Source of the DNA: Chrysomallon squamiferum
Taxonomy: Eukaryota; Animalia; Mollusca
Assembly (NCBI GenBank): GCA_012295275.1
Contig: CM022677.1
Coordinates: 1,364,001-1,428,000, forward strand
Reading direction: 5' to 3'
DNA: 64,000 nucleotides
Shown here in pieces: positions 27,196 to 39,841 of the stretch. How positions within the stretch are numbered: position 1 is the stretch's first letter; the number at the start of each line of letters is the position of its first letter. Both the position numbers and the translations under genes were made by a program. Under the pieces are notes generated by a model. It was not told the DNA's origin and did not search any database. It saw only the letters and a program-made list of their open reading frames with translations.

Positions 27196-27394
27196 GTAGT
27201 GCAGTCAGCTGTTTGAGAAGATTTACAACCATGTTTTTATGTTCTGCAACATCAACAATGTGTGCAGTGCAGCATCACAGAATGATTACAATTACTGGCT
27301 GTCAACACTGGAGCCGATGTTGATGATGATGATGAATTGAGTGAGAGGTGAACAGACCAGGCAGACATCAGCAGTTTGTGAATCTCCAGACCCT
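27196..27394 (+). pseudogene. Decayed collagen IV NC1 (C4) domain exon
   Basis: tgcag|[60 protein letters not shown]|gtaagt versus the recalled NC1 motif [41 protein letters not shown]...CAVCEAP. One frameshift, one stop. Confidence 0.92.
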
Positions 27395-27839
27395 GTAAGT
27401 CCTGTGCTCATTTTCATAAATATTCATTACTTAGTCATAAATATTCATATTTGTATTTGATATATATTGTTTCAGGTAGGTAATTGTGAATACTAAATCA
27501 TACTTAAAACTGACACATGAAGAATGAGAATGTTAACATTTAGCAGTTTTCAAGACATAACCAGTATTTGTTTGTGAATACAGTGTAAGACTTTTTACTA
27601 AAGTCATACATTTCAATTTTTATGTTGATTAATTTAATGTTTATTGACATGAATTAATCTTTATTTTTGAATTAAGATTTAATATTTATTGATATGAATT
27701 CAGTTTTTATATTTGCATTGAATGCAATATGTTTTTTTAAAATATGGTATTTAAAATTAAAATATGGAGTTTGTTTTTCAAAAATATTGGTATTGTTATG
27801 TTTTAATGATTACTTCCCTTACTTTGAATTTTGTTTCAG

Positions 27840-27919
27840 CTCTACACAGTCAGACAGTGCTCATTGCAGAATGTTCACTGGGCTGGTGTGGATTATGGAT
27901 TGGCTAAAGTTTTGTCCTG
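27840..27919 (+). pseudogene. Decayed collagen IV NC1 exon (next segment)
   Basis: tttcag|..LHSQTVLIAECSLGWCGLWIG*SFVL|gtaaat versus NC1 [27 protein letters not shown]. Confidence 0.9.
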
Positions 27920-28354
27920 GTAAATTTGAACTAAGTTCTTTTAAACTATTTTTGATTTTTATAACTTGAGCTTTAAAATTAATTCCAGTTTTGATTTTAT
28001 TGAAAACCAAGAAGTAATATGTTTCTTACAAATAACCTCAGTTTGTGTTTAAAACATGGATGCTATTGACTTCTATTTCATATACAGCTAGAGGATCCTG
28101 TATCAGAAATTCTTAAATGTAAAATTTTCTGAGCAATTGAAAAAGTGACAGTTTTTCACATTGTAATGCACAGTTTTTAGTTTCATTTATACTGAATATA
28201 CCAGAGCACAATTTATTAAATGTATGTTTAAGTAGTTATGGTTACAATTTATAATAATGAATATGATCTGTGTTAATCTTCACATGGAAATACATTCAAA
28301 AATGAGTATTTTCTCAGTAAACACAGCTGATACATATTCATTATTTCTGTGCAG

Positions 28355-28465
28355 CTGGTGACACTGGTTGTATGGAGTAAGTGTTACTTATGTGACTACT
28401 TACAAAACTGTGTGTTTTATGTGATTAGAGGTAAACTGAGACTTTGGTAATCCTGGACCACATGT
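28355..28465 (+). pseudogene. Possible second, highly decayed collagen Gly-X-Y fragment
   Basis: AGDTGCM... and DFGNPGPH remnants after a gcag acceptor; short and frameshifted. Confidence 0.35.
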
Positions 28466-28850
28466 CATTATAAGTGAATACATAGAAGTACACTGCTTTA
28501 TTATTATTATTATTATTATTATTATTGATGGTGTTGTTGTAGTTGTTGTTATTATTCAATACAGATTAATTAAAAGATAAATGCTACAATATGGAATAAA
28601 ATGTTAAAATGTAGGGTAATACCACATTTATAAAATCACACTTTTTGCTATGTTTATGTTAGTATTTTCATTGTTATGCATGTCTAGGTCATTTCTTTGT
28701 AACTGACAAAAGTAGTAGTATTTCTGTGCTACCTGTAAAAATTGGTGGAGATTACAGAAGTTCAAGGTTACCACATTGCATTTTATATCTATGTTAATTT
28801 TCATATGCTAGTATTTTTAGGATATTTCTTGTTCATTTCTATAATCCCAG

Positions 28851-29053
28851 GATTAGAAAAAATGGAATCATGCCCATCAGGGAATCTACTAGATATTAAT
28901 GTATTTCTGTGAAAGAAAGTTGAAACCCTGTTAGAAAACAACTGAGCTTAAGAAGAAAATGCCAAACTGAAGTTAATTGCTTTTGTTTAAATATTACTTT
29001 CCAGTTATATAATTAGAATTGAAGAATCTCTTAAATGATTTATGGATCAGCTG
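28851..29053 (+). pseudogene. Decayed coiled-coil exon, possibly TRAK/Milton (HAP1_N) like
   Basis: cccag|GLEKMESCPSGNLLDINVFL*KKVETLLENN*A*EENAKLK, then LELKNLLND/MDQL. Loosely resembles LQKKLKDLEEEN..LRSEASQLK...EQQLVNDCVKEL; could be a generic coiled coil. Confidence 0.3.
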
Positions 29054-30226
29054 TTTTATATACAGAACCATCCCTAAGAAGTGGGGTGTTTTATAAGGCA
29101 ACAATACTGAAATGTCCTTGATGTTACTGTCCCAGGTCAAGTATGTATTATTTAGTGTAAAAATATTACAAAAGTGTTTATCTGATGCACTGTTTTACTT
29201 TATTTATAAATTGTTGTTTTCTCATTTTCAGTTTGGAAGTATTTTATAATAGTCATAATGAGTTTATTTGTTTTCATTCTCAAAACCTTGTCACACAGTT
29301 TTGTTTCACTGGCCTTATAACAGGTGAAATCTGTGAGATGAGAAATAACAGCCACTCCTAGTTGATCTTCCAACATGTAGATGTCAGCAAAGAAGTAGTA
29401 CATGCACAAGAATGACTTTGTTTTTCTAAAATATATCAGTAAAATGAACCGATGGTTTATTCAGTGTCATTAGTGTTGATATAATCAACCTGGGTCAGTT
29501 TCTCCTCTTTGGAGATGTCAGTCTTACAATAGTTTTTATATTTAATCTTTCTGTGTCACTGTGTCTGTTATTGAATTTCTTTGATTTGAAACCCATCTTG
29601 TTTCTTTCTTCCTTAGTTATGGTTATTATTGTTATTCCTTACTCTCCTCTACCTCCTATACCCCTAGTATGTTGTATTATTGCAATACAGAAATTGAGCT
29701 TCTATCAAAAAACAAATTTTAAATCTTCATTTTAAAAAAAATATTAAATTATTTGTGCAGTATATTATAATATTAGCTTTTCTTTTATTTCTTTTAATAT
29801 TTATTTATTTATTTATTATTTTGAATATTTTAATTTACACTTACTTTTCATTACATTTATAAGAAAAGTGAAAGTTAAATAGTTAACTTGTATCTATGTG
29901 TGTTCTTGTTTTGTAATTAAAGCTATATTATGTTTGTATTTTCTTTATTTAATGTTGAATGATGATTAATACCCTTCCTTGAAATTAAAACTTAACAGTC
30001 AATTGCAGATATATATACATTTTCTAACTTAAGTTAGAATCTTAAAATTACAAAGGGAAAAAAAGTCATAACAACCTAAAAACCTTTCATGTTTAATAAA
30101 ATACTTTAATCCAAGAATATAAATAATTTCATGTTAGAGAAACAAATCTATTTGCATGTAAAAATATTTCCATATTATTACTGAATTTGTTATTATACTG
30201 AATATTTTAATTTTCTTTTCCATCAG

Positions 30227-30391
30227 TAGGAACTCAGAAGTTAGGCAATTGAAATCATTGATTATGTGGACATCCCTGGAAACCCTCTTGGTCTTTTCAA
30301 AGATGTCACAAAAAAATCTCTGGCCTCATTGATGGAAATGTGAGTGGATTTCCTAGAAATGTTGTCATGGTGTTTCTAATTCTGCAGCAAA
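30227..30391 (+). pseudogene. VPS13D: Decayed VPS13D C-terminal exon
   Basis: *ELRS*AIEIIDYVDIPGNPLGLFKDVTKK/SGLIDGNVSGFPRNV/HGVSNSAAK versus recalled VPS13D EELLSQAARILGSVDFLGNPMGLLNDVSEGVTGLIKYGNVGGLIRNVTHGVSNSAAK. Bounded by cag and gttagt. Confidence 0.88.
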
Positions 30392-30899
30392 GTTAGTTGT
30401 GATAGTTCCCTGTATTACCTCTCTTTTAGGAAATGATATTTCATTTAATTAGAAATCAAAGTTTTAACTCTTTTTATTCAAATTCAGTTTACTGTAATTT
30501 TACAACAATGTAAATAAAATGATATAAAAGCTTATGGTTTTAAATCATGACTAGAAAACTATATTACAAAATTACTGAATACTTTTCTGTTTCAATAACC
30601 ATACAAATGCAAACTTGCCTTCAGTGAATAAACTGTTTTATATTCTTAAACAAAGAAACATTTATTTAAGCATTTTGTGGTAATTGATGCATTTTCTCTC
30701 TCCAGAAGCAAAATCAAAGAAACTATCATACATTAATATTAGCATAATATTTCTTCTTGTTTTTACTATTATTACTCTTTTTTCTTCTTTATTTACTTAT
30801 TGTTTTTTTCTTTACTTTTATTTTCTCTTTTTTTTATGAAATTAATAAATTGTAAATTATTTCAGGATTATGAATATCTTGTACAGGTAGCAGTTCTAT

Positions 30900-30992
30900 A
30901 TCTGCATGATGACCAGTACTCTCAGATGATCTAAGAAAAAAGGGAGACAATTCATCAGGTGTCATTGCAGCAGGTTTTAAAGATTGTGATAT
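30900..30992 (+). pseudogene. VPS13D: Probable decayed VPS13D exon (next segment), cut off by the MULE fragment
   Basis: DDQYSQM / DNSSGVIAAGFKD resembles VPS13D MDNRHQSER...TSGEHLVAGIHG and falls in the expected order. Confidence 0.5.
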
Positions 30993-31004
30993 GAAACATT
31001 GGTT

Positions 31005-31272
31005 TTACAATCTTTATGCAGAATTCCAGGACATCATGTACCCTCTTGTTTACATGCTCCTTCAAAACAAGAGTCAAGCTATGTATGACTCTGTCTTACA
31101 ACTGTTGAAGATTGAAGCAGAAGAAATCTTCAACCTGAAGCCACAGATTATCTAGACTGACTTTGAGAAAGCTGTCTCCAGTGCAGCAATGAATGAGTTC
31201 AAGTAGATGTTTGTTCAGCAGTGCACAAGCTCTGTGACGGAAGATTCAGCATATTGGTCATACAAAGAATAT
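31005..31272 (+). mobile_element. Mutator-like (MULE) transposase domain remnant
   Basis: YNLYAEFQDIMYPLVYMLLQNKSQAMYDSVLQLLKIEAEEIFNLKPQII*TDFEKAVSSAAMNEF / CLFSSAQAL*RKIQHIG matches the MULE motifs PLVY.LL.NK...Y, P..I.TDFE.A...A and C.FH..QA.WRKIQ..G. Confidence 0.9.
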
Positions 31273-31774
31273 TCTGGTAACAGTAGTGTAAAATTTAGAA
31301 CCATCTAATTAAAGTTCTTAGTGATTAGGTAAAAGAAAATTTGTACTAATATACTAACAGATTACTCTTGAAGTTTGTTTTCATTAATATATATTCTATA
31401 AAATGTTTAATGTCTTCAGTTATTTTACACCTAATATCAAACTATATTATAGTATAAATTAAAAAAATATATATATATATTAGTAAGTTATTTTGTTTTT
31501 ATTTACATTTTTATTTGTTTTATGTTTATTTAATTATTATTTTGAGGATTTAGATTTTATATTAAAATAAACTAATGTAGTATTAATTACATTAATTCAC
31601 AGTGCAGGAAAACTATTCATACTGGTGAAAATACTGTTTATTAATGTTTAATATATTTTTATTATTTTTTTATTATTATTTTTTTTATTTAATAAACATC
31701 CTATTTTGGTTTAGTTGTACTGTTCATAAAAATTAATAATTACATTTAATCAAAAATATTTATATTTATTACAG

Positions 31775-31983
31775 GGGTTCTTGAAAGGAGCTGGTTGATA
31801 ATGGAGTTATTGATACTATGTTCAATTCTGTTTCAGGAATGTTTGATTTGACGTCAGCTCTAAATTCCAATCACAGACAGAACCCAGCTTGAATCCATCC
31901 CCAGAGATGTTGCTGTGTTCTGCTGGGTTGTTTCTAGCATATGCAAGTCCACAAACAGAGTTCAGCAGCTGCAGTTGTCAGTG
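31775..31983 (+). pseudogene. VPS13D: Decayed VPS13D C-terminal exon(s)
   Basis: acag|GFLKGAG / GVIDTMFNSVSGMFDLTS..NPA*IHPQRCCC / SAGLFLAYASPQTE versus recalled VPS13D G.GKGLVGTVTKPVAGALDFAS...RVRKPRCCTGPQGLLPRYSESQAE. Confidence 0.75.
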
Positions 31984-32314
31984 GTAATATTTTTCCTCAC
32001 AGTTTTAATATGATAATGATACAGAACACAGCTAACAGGTAAGCTACTCATTTGCTTTTTTTTATAGATTAACACTACACATGACTACAGACACCTCAGA
32101 GTTTTCAAATGAATTTATTTTTTATATACATTTTCTATTTATTTATATATTTTGTTGGCTTTTGGTCTTTAAAATAATTTTTATTTATTTTTTTTATATA
32201 TATATAATGTTTTTGATTTATTATTTTTGTTGTTGTTGTTATACTTATTAATATTTGTTTAAATTAAATGGAATTTATTTGAAAAAATGTTTAAAATTCT
32301 GTTTCTGTTTTCAG

Positions 32315-32430
32315 TGTTATTACTGAAGACTGACTGTACTGAAGCAGTGCTGGAGAAAAAAGTTCATGTTTTCTCTGATCACATGAAAACAGGTTTACTT
32401 TCTCAGCTGTTTTCATTAAGACAGAATTAA
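32315..32430 (+). pseudogene. Possible further decayed VPS13D exon
   Basis: After tttcag: ...FSLIT*KQVYFLS resembles VPS13D VLISSKAVYFL; short match. Confidence 0.4.
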
Positions 32431-32668
32431 TTGACCATTCATTACTTGTGGATTTTTCATATTAAATGTTACCTTAGTACATTAATATCAAAAATGTGAA
32501 TGCTACACAGTAAAATTATTTGATCCCTACTTCAAACTTAGTTTGTTCAAACTTGTGTTAAAGTCAGATGTCCTCTGTCAATACTTTAGCTAACATTTAA
32601 ACAATTATTTGCTTTTGTTTCCAGTGAATGAAAGGATTATTAATGATACATTTTTTTTTTCTTTACAG

Positions 32669-32730
32669 AATAAACTAGACATGCTGACAAGAAAAATGTC
32701 AAATAATTCAGTCACAATCCATTTGAATCA
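32669..32730 (+). pseudogene. Possible heavily decayed DHX8 exon (RHKLDVVS segment)
   Basis: tttacag| followed by KLDML; position precedes the clear DHX8 exon at 32847. Confidence 0.35.
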
Positions 32731-32846
32731 TACCTAATCTTTATTTCACATGTTAAATTGTATAATCCACATTAATATTGTTCATACAACTCTGAATATT
32801 ATTTTATTTTAATCACAAGTTTTACTCTTTTTTTAATTTTCTTCAG

Positions 32847-33020
32847 GTTCTTTTATCATGAGCTTGGTTTGAGAATGAAAGAAAACACGTGAGAAGTGAT
32901 GTCCTCTGATTCTAAATCACTTGTCAAATTTGCCTCCAAGTTCTTCAAGTTTTCTGATCACCCTGAACTAAGAAAATGAAACATCTCAACAACAAATATG
33001 AACAACTGAATTGTTGGATA
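32847..33020 (+). pseudogene. DHX8: Decayed DHX8/PRP22 C-terminal exon
   Basis: ttcag|(W)FFYHELGLRMKENT*EVMSSDSKSLVKFASKFFKFSDHPELRK / LNNKYEQLNCW versus recalled DHX8 [44 protein letters not shown]...LYNRYEEPNAW. Confidence 0.88.
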
Positions 33021-33029
33021 AAATTGAAA

Positions 33030-33850
33030 ACTTTGTTTGTGTTTTATAGCACTCTCAGCTCTGCAAAGGCTTATGAAACATTTTATACCATGTTTTTTAT
33101 CTCAAAATTTCTAATTTAGGACTATTGTGTTTTCTGTTGTTTACTACACATTTTTAGCTAGCAGTTTCATCAGCTTAGGAAACAATTTCATAAGAGTGAA
33201 GAATATTTTTATTTACATTGTTTTGAAATAACAGTAGAAGTAATACATGCAAATGTGGAGATAATGATAAAAATAATAGTTACACCGACAGATGTAAGTA
33301 TGTTTTAATATTATGACTGAGTTAAGGAAACAAGTCTGGAGTGATTTCAGTATTCTATACCTGGTTTATGTTTAACAAAGATATTTTTCATGGATTTCTC
33401 TGCAAATGAACATATATATTAATATTAATTTGCTATTTTGAAAACAAATGTAAATCATTTTGATACTTTTATAACATTTAAATAGTTTATTCACATGTGT
33501 CTTTCAGTTTATTTATATCTCTCTGTTTGTCTGTCTGTCTGTCTGAGTATTGTTATGTTAAATACTGAGTTACATGTTGAGTCTGTTAAATACTAAGATA
33601 CATGTTGAGTCTGTTAAAGTCATAGCTCATAAAACCTAATTCTATGGTTTATTTATTTATATATGCGTACATTGTTTATCGAAAATCTCTTCTTACTGCG
33701 TCGGATATATTTGAGTTGCTTAGTGCTAGCAACGCGATAACATTCATGGGATGGGAACTGATCAACAACAACTTGACTGTCTTTAGGATTAAAACAGAAA
33801 CTATTACAAGGAGGCAAATAAATAAAGATAGAGTTATATGTGTGTGTGTG

Positions 33851-33938
<88 letters not shown>

Positions 33939-34560
33939 ATTGATTATTGATTGGTCATAACCAATGGATATCTAAATAAAAACATCTACGCAAATATAAA
34001 TTGGAATAATCAGCCTAGTCGTGAAGCCGCTTTGTCTCTCAAAGGCGAGGTGCAAGCAGCGTTATCAAAATGACAGTAAAAGTAAACATGTAACTGAGAT
34101 GACGTACATATATTCCGTTTTCATGGCAACAGTAGTAGACATGTATTTTAGGACTAGTTACATATATATTACAATATATGTAATAATTACAGCTATATTT
34201 GTCAGTTTCATTTCTGTTATAAATATCTTCATTGTTTTTTTATTTGTCAGTGTTAATACTTTTTTTGTTTTGACCTATTTACAATACCGAAGACAGACAT
34301 GCCCGTTTTGTCACCCACGGGAAAAAATCTATTGTACTTATTGTTTTTCTCAGTTCATTTCCTCTCAAGACTTTTTTCAAATAATGCTAGGGGTTCTTAT
34401 TTACATCACTAAAGTTATTTTGTACCAATAATAATAATAATAATTCTGATGACGAAATTTAATCTTTTCTTTAATTATAACGTTAAACACGGATATGAAT
34501 GAAATTCTTTTTAATAGACAAATTTTGTCTTCTATATACTAGCTATAGATAATTTTACTA
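33030..34560 (+). repeat. Segment X copy 2 plus extension shared with about 61510-63030
   Basis: Long collinear identity with 61510-63030 (e.g. cttagtgctagcaacgcgataacattcatggga; caataccgaagacagacatgcccgttttgtcacccacgg). Confidence 0.9.
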
Positions 34561-34652
34561 ACGTATTACTCTTTATATAAAATAAAAATGTTTACATTGT
34601 ATAGTCTCTATATATGTAACCGAGAAAATATAAAGCAAATACAAATACTAAA

Positions 34653-34685
<33 letters not shown>

Positions 34686-36819
34686 CGCAGACACACACAC
34701 ACGGGTAATTATAAAGAATAAATTAACCAGAAATATATGTAAAGAAATGAATTTCTCTTTAACCATCTCCAATATTCATTTTACCGGAAAATACGCGATG
34801 ACGAATTCTTAAAGTCAGTTTGTAAATTTGAGAATTAAGATATTTAGCTAAGGCGAGTTTTGTGTAACAGAGTTTTAAAATGTGTCAGCCTGGGCTGGAT
34901 TCTCTCGCTCTTTTCACTGACGTCTGCGGGAATCTAATGTATGACGTCAGCAAGGAAAGCTCGAGTCTGAGGATGAACAAGCGACAAACTGGTTTTTGCA
35001 CGGCCCAGTGATTCCTTTTGATAAACAGGGAGGTAACTGAAGAGGACCTTTAAACTTTGACCTTGCTTTAAAAAATGCGATAAGCTTTTGACAGCGGGGC
35101 GTGGTAAAATACTTTTCTCACTTTTGCAGTGTAATCTGTGTCACTAACAGCGTATTTAGTTCTTTTATATATATATATAATATAACATTTTTTTTTTGTA
35201 TATTAACAAAATATATTTCAAAATTAATAAACTTAAGCTGTTAATTGATTATTTATATAGTGGATTAGTGTAGTGTTATACCAACACGATAATTAGTTGA
35301 ATTTACTGATCCCTGTGATAGTGTTTTAATCATAAAATTAATATAAAACAAAACACGTGATTTGATTAATCTTCTCAGGACGACTAAACTGATAGGCATA
35401 CATTTTTTTTTATTTTATTATCATTTTTTAAATTTCATTCTTAAATTATACTAAATGGAGCGATTGAACCAAGTCCTTCCCCTATATGCGGACCTGAATT
35501 AAATTAATTTTGTTAAACTCTTATGACTGCACGTATTCAAAACAGGATGAAGCGTTCCGCCTCGGTACACAAATATAAAGTAAACTTAAACTAAATACAG
35601 GGTATGAATATTAGCGTATCAGTGTGTAAACGTGACCAGATTCCAACATCTTTTTATGTGTAATAGCTTTTCTTTTTTTTTTTTTTCTTTTCTTTCCCTT
35701 TCTACGACCTTAAGAAGGTCCAATATCATCCAGTTAGTCGTTCACTTTCAGACAGGATTTATTGTTTCCAGTGTGTGTGATTTTTTAGATGAAAAGGGTC
35801 TCTGTATATCTTATTTTTTCTCTGTTAGTCTTTACATGGACTGAGCGATCTGTAAATATTTTATTTTTTATATTATCATTTGTTAGATAGCGAGAAAAGT
35901 ATCATTTCATAAATTACATTCACAAATGTTAATACTTCTATTTACTGTCGACAGTTAGATTTAAAAAAAGAGATTAAATTCATATCATAATATGTTAGAT
36001 GGGGAAATTAGTTTAACACTTCCATACAATATGAAGAAACGTGACAGTGTAGGTGTAGGTTTTGTTCTGTATTTGTTTAATTGTAATGCACTTTATTTCT
36101 TTATCTTAAAAACGATCATCTCTTCATCATCCTTGTGCGTGACAAACCGCATAGTAAGTTTCGCTTCAGTAAACAAATAAAATGTTATTTGAAAAAAAAT
36201 TCAAATTAGTTGATGCGGTGAATGGAGACGGGATAAATGGAGAAAAAAAAGCTGTATAAATGAAAAAAAAAAAACGCAAGAAAAAGAAAGAAAGCATTCC
36301 TTTGTTCGTCAGTTAAAATATAATCTTATCTTTGTTTCCTTACAGTCGCCATATTCAACATTTCTGTCTTTCCTTTTTTTCGAGGTTAACCGAAGAAACG
36401 TGGAAGATTTCAGTTTGTCTCTTCAACCTTTTCCTTCGTTGGAAAAAAATATGTGCGTATGTATCTTCCCCAGGAAATTAACGTTCGAAGTAACATATAT
36501 ATATATATATATAGAAAACATAATGATTTTGTCAAAAAAAAAAAAAAAAAAAAAAAAAAAGGAATGAAACATGTTGAAATAAGTTAAGTGTATTTTTGTA
36601 AGCTATTAAATAAGCTAACATAAAATTCATTCCACTTCTCTGTAAATTTACTGACAAAGCTGTAGATAAACAGAGGGCGAATCAGCTGGACTTTATCAAC
36701 ACATTTCATATAATAATTAATATCGGGAAATCAATTCAGTTATATTGAAAGAAGATACTTTTATTCAGTCAGTCTTCTTTGACATAGTCACATGTGTGCG
36801 CATGTATATGCAGGTGTAT

Positions 36820-36878
<59 letters not shown>

Positions 36879-37201
36879 GATTAATTACAGTTATTAAAAT
36901 AATCAAATGTATTAAATTTACAATTATACTTCTAGTTTGCCTGTATTTGTGATATTGTATTAGTTTTAATAAACGTGACACTTAAAACGTTAGCATCATA
37001 CCTGTCTTGTGTGCAGTCTCACATTCACGCATAGAAACAAATTGTATGCATTTAGATTATTCAACTAATGAAATATATGCTATAGCATACTGAATTAATT
37101 CGTTTGAAAAAAATATATATGTGTGAATGTGTCTCTGTGTGTGTGTGTGTGTTTTAACATTACGAAACAAAGGTGTCTAAAATAGAGAGAAAAAATATTA
37201 A

Positions 37202-37254
<53 letters not shown>

Positions 37255-37470
37255 GTACGATTATTATCTTATCTTTGCATCCTGTTTTTCATTGCTATTA
37301 ATTAATTAAATATATTATGAAGTGGATAGATAAGAGTCTGTATATATCCATACACGTTAAAAAAGGTTCTATTTTTGGTGTAGAAGTGTTTTATATTTCT
37401 CTTTTGTTCGACAAACCTGTAAAGCGGGCTTCACTTTATGACGATGAAAAAATTGTGACGGGTTTATTCA
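34560..37470 (+). repeat. Module M copy B
   Basis: Collinear blocks shared with 4630-7460 and 63030-64000. Confidence 0.8.
34881..35055 (+). promoter_or_regulatory. CRE-pair conserved element, copy 2
   Basis: Near-identical to 4868-5043; donor-like AG|GTAACT at 35033. Confidence 0.4.
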
Positions 37471-37596
37471 GAGAGGCTATTCTCATTTATAACTGAACCG
37501 TTAAAGAAAGTCTAAGATTTCATTATGTCATTTTGACCTTCATTTTCTGTCCCGCATTCGTACATAGCTTCACATTATGTTATATTTATGAAATAA

Positions 37597-37693
<97 letters not shown>

Positions 37694-38108
37694 TTAGATA
37701 CTATAATAAAAGGAAACGCCATTGTAAGAAATGTAAGATAATGGCAAAGTGTGTTAAATTAAAATACTTAGAAAACAACTCTGTCACGTATATTTATGAA
37801 GTTATTAACAATGCTGAAATAATATTGAGTCCCTTTTTCTGGTAAAACTATTAATAAATATTACCATCCTGAAATGTTGTAGATAAATAAAGTTGGAAAT
37901 GTGACAATTTTTCATCTTATAATTGTGTTAGATTGGGAAATAAATTTAGTTGCACGACAGACAATAGTACTATTTACTCATTTAAACTTATTATACAGCT
38001 TGTGTTTATGTAAAATTATACTTTATTATCTTTTTTCTTTTACTTCCTTGGTTTCTTTCTTTTTTAAATTATTATTATTATTATTACTATTATTATTATT
38101 ATTATTAT

Positions 38109-38160
<52 letters not shown>

Positions 38161-38283
38161 TGTTGTTGTAGTAAGATTTTAATTTCGTTCGCTATTCGCA
38201 TATATTGTTAATTGGTCTTTAACAGACCTGTTGTTATGTCCATTTTTACTAAATGTATGAAAGTCAGACAGGCAGACACACGC

Positions 38284-38394
<111 letters not shown>

Positions 38395-38509
38395 GTTGTA
38401 AAACACAGACTGTGAACAGTCTACAGTTATATGTACTACTCAGTGTATCCAGAAAATAAAAAAATAAATACTAATACTTGATAAATTTATTTGAATACCT
38501 ATATAATTC

Positions 38510-38818
38510 ACAAATTAAATACAAAAATAAACAAATAAAGCTTCGTGATAAAAAAACACACATTTATTTATATATCTGATTTTCATTTGTTTGCATCTTA
38601 CACATAAATAAACAAACAGTTGCTAATTTCATATCTAGAATATACTAAACTTAATATAATTCACTTGCATATTTTATATAAATCTTAATAAAAGAAATAG
38701 GATGAAGAAATCAAATAACAGATCTTATATAATTGATCTACATATTATGTTTCCTGTAGAAACAACATTAATATTAATAATAACAATAACAATAGTAATA
38801 GTAGTAGTAGTAGTAGTA

Positions 38819-38861
<43 letters not shown>

Positions 38862-39151
38862 TATTCAAGAAATGAGATATTTATATAAATTTTACATGTA
38901 TCTGTTTGATAGAAAAGTGTCCATTAGATAGGTAAGTTTCAAATCAAATGAAAGACGGTATGCCGTCATCACTGCTGTCTAACGTCATCAGAAATACCAA
39001 TAGAAAAATATGTAAATAAATAAATAAACACAAAACTGAAAAATAAATAAATAAGAAAATAAATAAAAATATGACACAGATATCACTAAAACTGACAATA
39101 TTTGAACGATGCTGATTTTCACACTAAAAATAACAAAGCAGGTATTTGTCC
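38510..39151 (-). pseudogene. Orphan 3' end (last 10 codons, stop and 3' flank) of a third BTB-BACK-PHR paralog
   Basis: 39119-39151 reads GQIPALLFLV*, identical to the C-terminus of the 50266 gene. 38510-39118 aligns with about 49720-50265 (e.g. cgtcatcactgctgtct.acgtcatcagaaatac). Homology stops abruptly at 39151. Confidence 0.85.
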
Positions 39152-39841
39152 TGTTTTCTCGGTGACATAGGCTTTGTCGTGAGTTAAAAGTAAAGCGAAG
39201 TTCAGTATAAAAGGACGAGTATTTCGTCCAGGTCGCAATCTCGCGTGGACGCTGACTGTGCAATTTCAAATGTGAAGACAAACAATATTTGACATCTTAA
39301 AACATAGCGACCATTACCGGCAGTTGTACGAAACCAGTACTTCAGCAGAGAACAACGACCGACAAATTGAAAAGTCTGAAAGGATTAGCACACACACAAA
39401 CAATCAGTGACCGAATTTTCTTCTACAGATGTTCGTGAAATGATAACACAAATTGAATCTTTTGCGGCTGCTACCGAAAGCAGACTCTTGCAACCGATGT
39501 TAATAATAATAGAGGAGATTGCTTTGGAGAGAAATATATATATATATATATATATAAAATAATAATAAATAAAATTGAAATAAAAAACATAAATAAAAAC
39601 ACAAAAAATAAACCAGTCTTAAGTGACATCTATTTCTACGCTGAATCTCGATAGCCGTTTAACTGTGACATTTCTAATAAAACACTCCACTTTCATGTTT
39701 AATATTTGTAAACCGCCGCTCTGTCTAAAACGGCATATCTCGTAGATCCCAAGTGAGTCCACTATGTGTGTGTGAATGTGTGTATGTGTGTGTGTGTCTG
39801 GGTGGGTGCATGTGTGTGTTTGTGTGTGTGTGAGTGTAGAA

